Shown here: piece after piece, positions 62,988-64,000 of the stretch
Layout: every line of letters begins with the position of its first letter
Numbering within the stretch: the stretch's first letter is position 1
Source of the DNA: Hadesarchaea archaeon
GTDB taxonomy: Archaea > Hadarchaeota > Hadarchaeia > Hadarchaeales > Hadarchaeaceae
Length of the DNA: 64,000 nt
Direction: 5' to 3'
Assembly (NCBI GenBank): GCA_029259175.1
Contig: JAPDJH010000002.1
Location: 18,733-82,732, forward strand
Translations under genes and position numbers: made by a program
Notes under the pieces: model-generated
Told to the model about the DNA's origin: nothing
Database searches by the model: none
The model's input: only the letters and a program-made list of their open reading frames with translations

Positions 62988-64000
<1,013 letters not shown>

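Overview
This is a densely coded archaeal chromosomal segment. Archaea-specific markers include r-proteins S19e/L39e/L31e/LX, aIF6, Nep1, Rpp21, prefoldin alpha, thermosome, Tfx and pyruvoyl arginine decarboxylase. All calls come from hand translation and remembered family motifs; no database search was run. Gene content points to an anaerobic, ferredoxin-based, probably thermophilic lifestyle: a tungsten AOR-type enzyme, indolepyruvate:ferredoxin oxidoreductase, ADP-forming acyl-CoA synthetase, several radical-SAM enzymes and family-4 UDG. I cannot assign a taxon. Many adjacent genes overlap by 4 nt (ATGA/GTGA/TTGA), and several promoters look leaderless. Ordinary content: a complete trpEGDCFBA operon, AMP phosphorylase, glutamate dehydrogenase, tRNA-Gly(GCC), and the conserved archaeal cluster nep1-rpp21-S19e-PDCD5-L39e-L31e-aIF6-LX-pfdA-ftsY. 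Most unusual items, in order: (1) one 817-aa ORF fusing an AOR-family oxidoreductase to a 3-hexulose-6-phosphate synthase-like domain; (2) an isolated NuoB/NuoCD/NuoI-like module with half-degenerate [NiFe] ligand motifs, no membrane subunits nearby, and diverged copies of one gene's 3' end on both sides; (3) two ~287-bp GC-rich repeat copies with paired termini and copy-specific flanking direct repeats (MITE-like, or a structured RNA family), both in divergent promoter regions; (4) tandem DUF5320 paralogs, one extremely Trp/Tyr/Pro-rich, next to a B12-radical-SAM / Mrp-NBP35 / DUF1847 / radical-SAM group; (5) a ferredoxin gene with a perfect SD but ACG where the start codon should be; (6) a small Cas2-like ORF bracketed by two identical 17-bp palindrome-containing sites; (7) TGTACA (TRP-box-like) repeats at the trp promoter; (8) an FTR-catalytic-domain/thioredoxin fusion. 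No CRISPR array or rRNA gene was seen.
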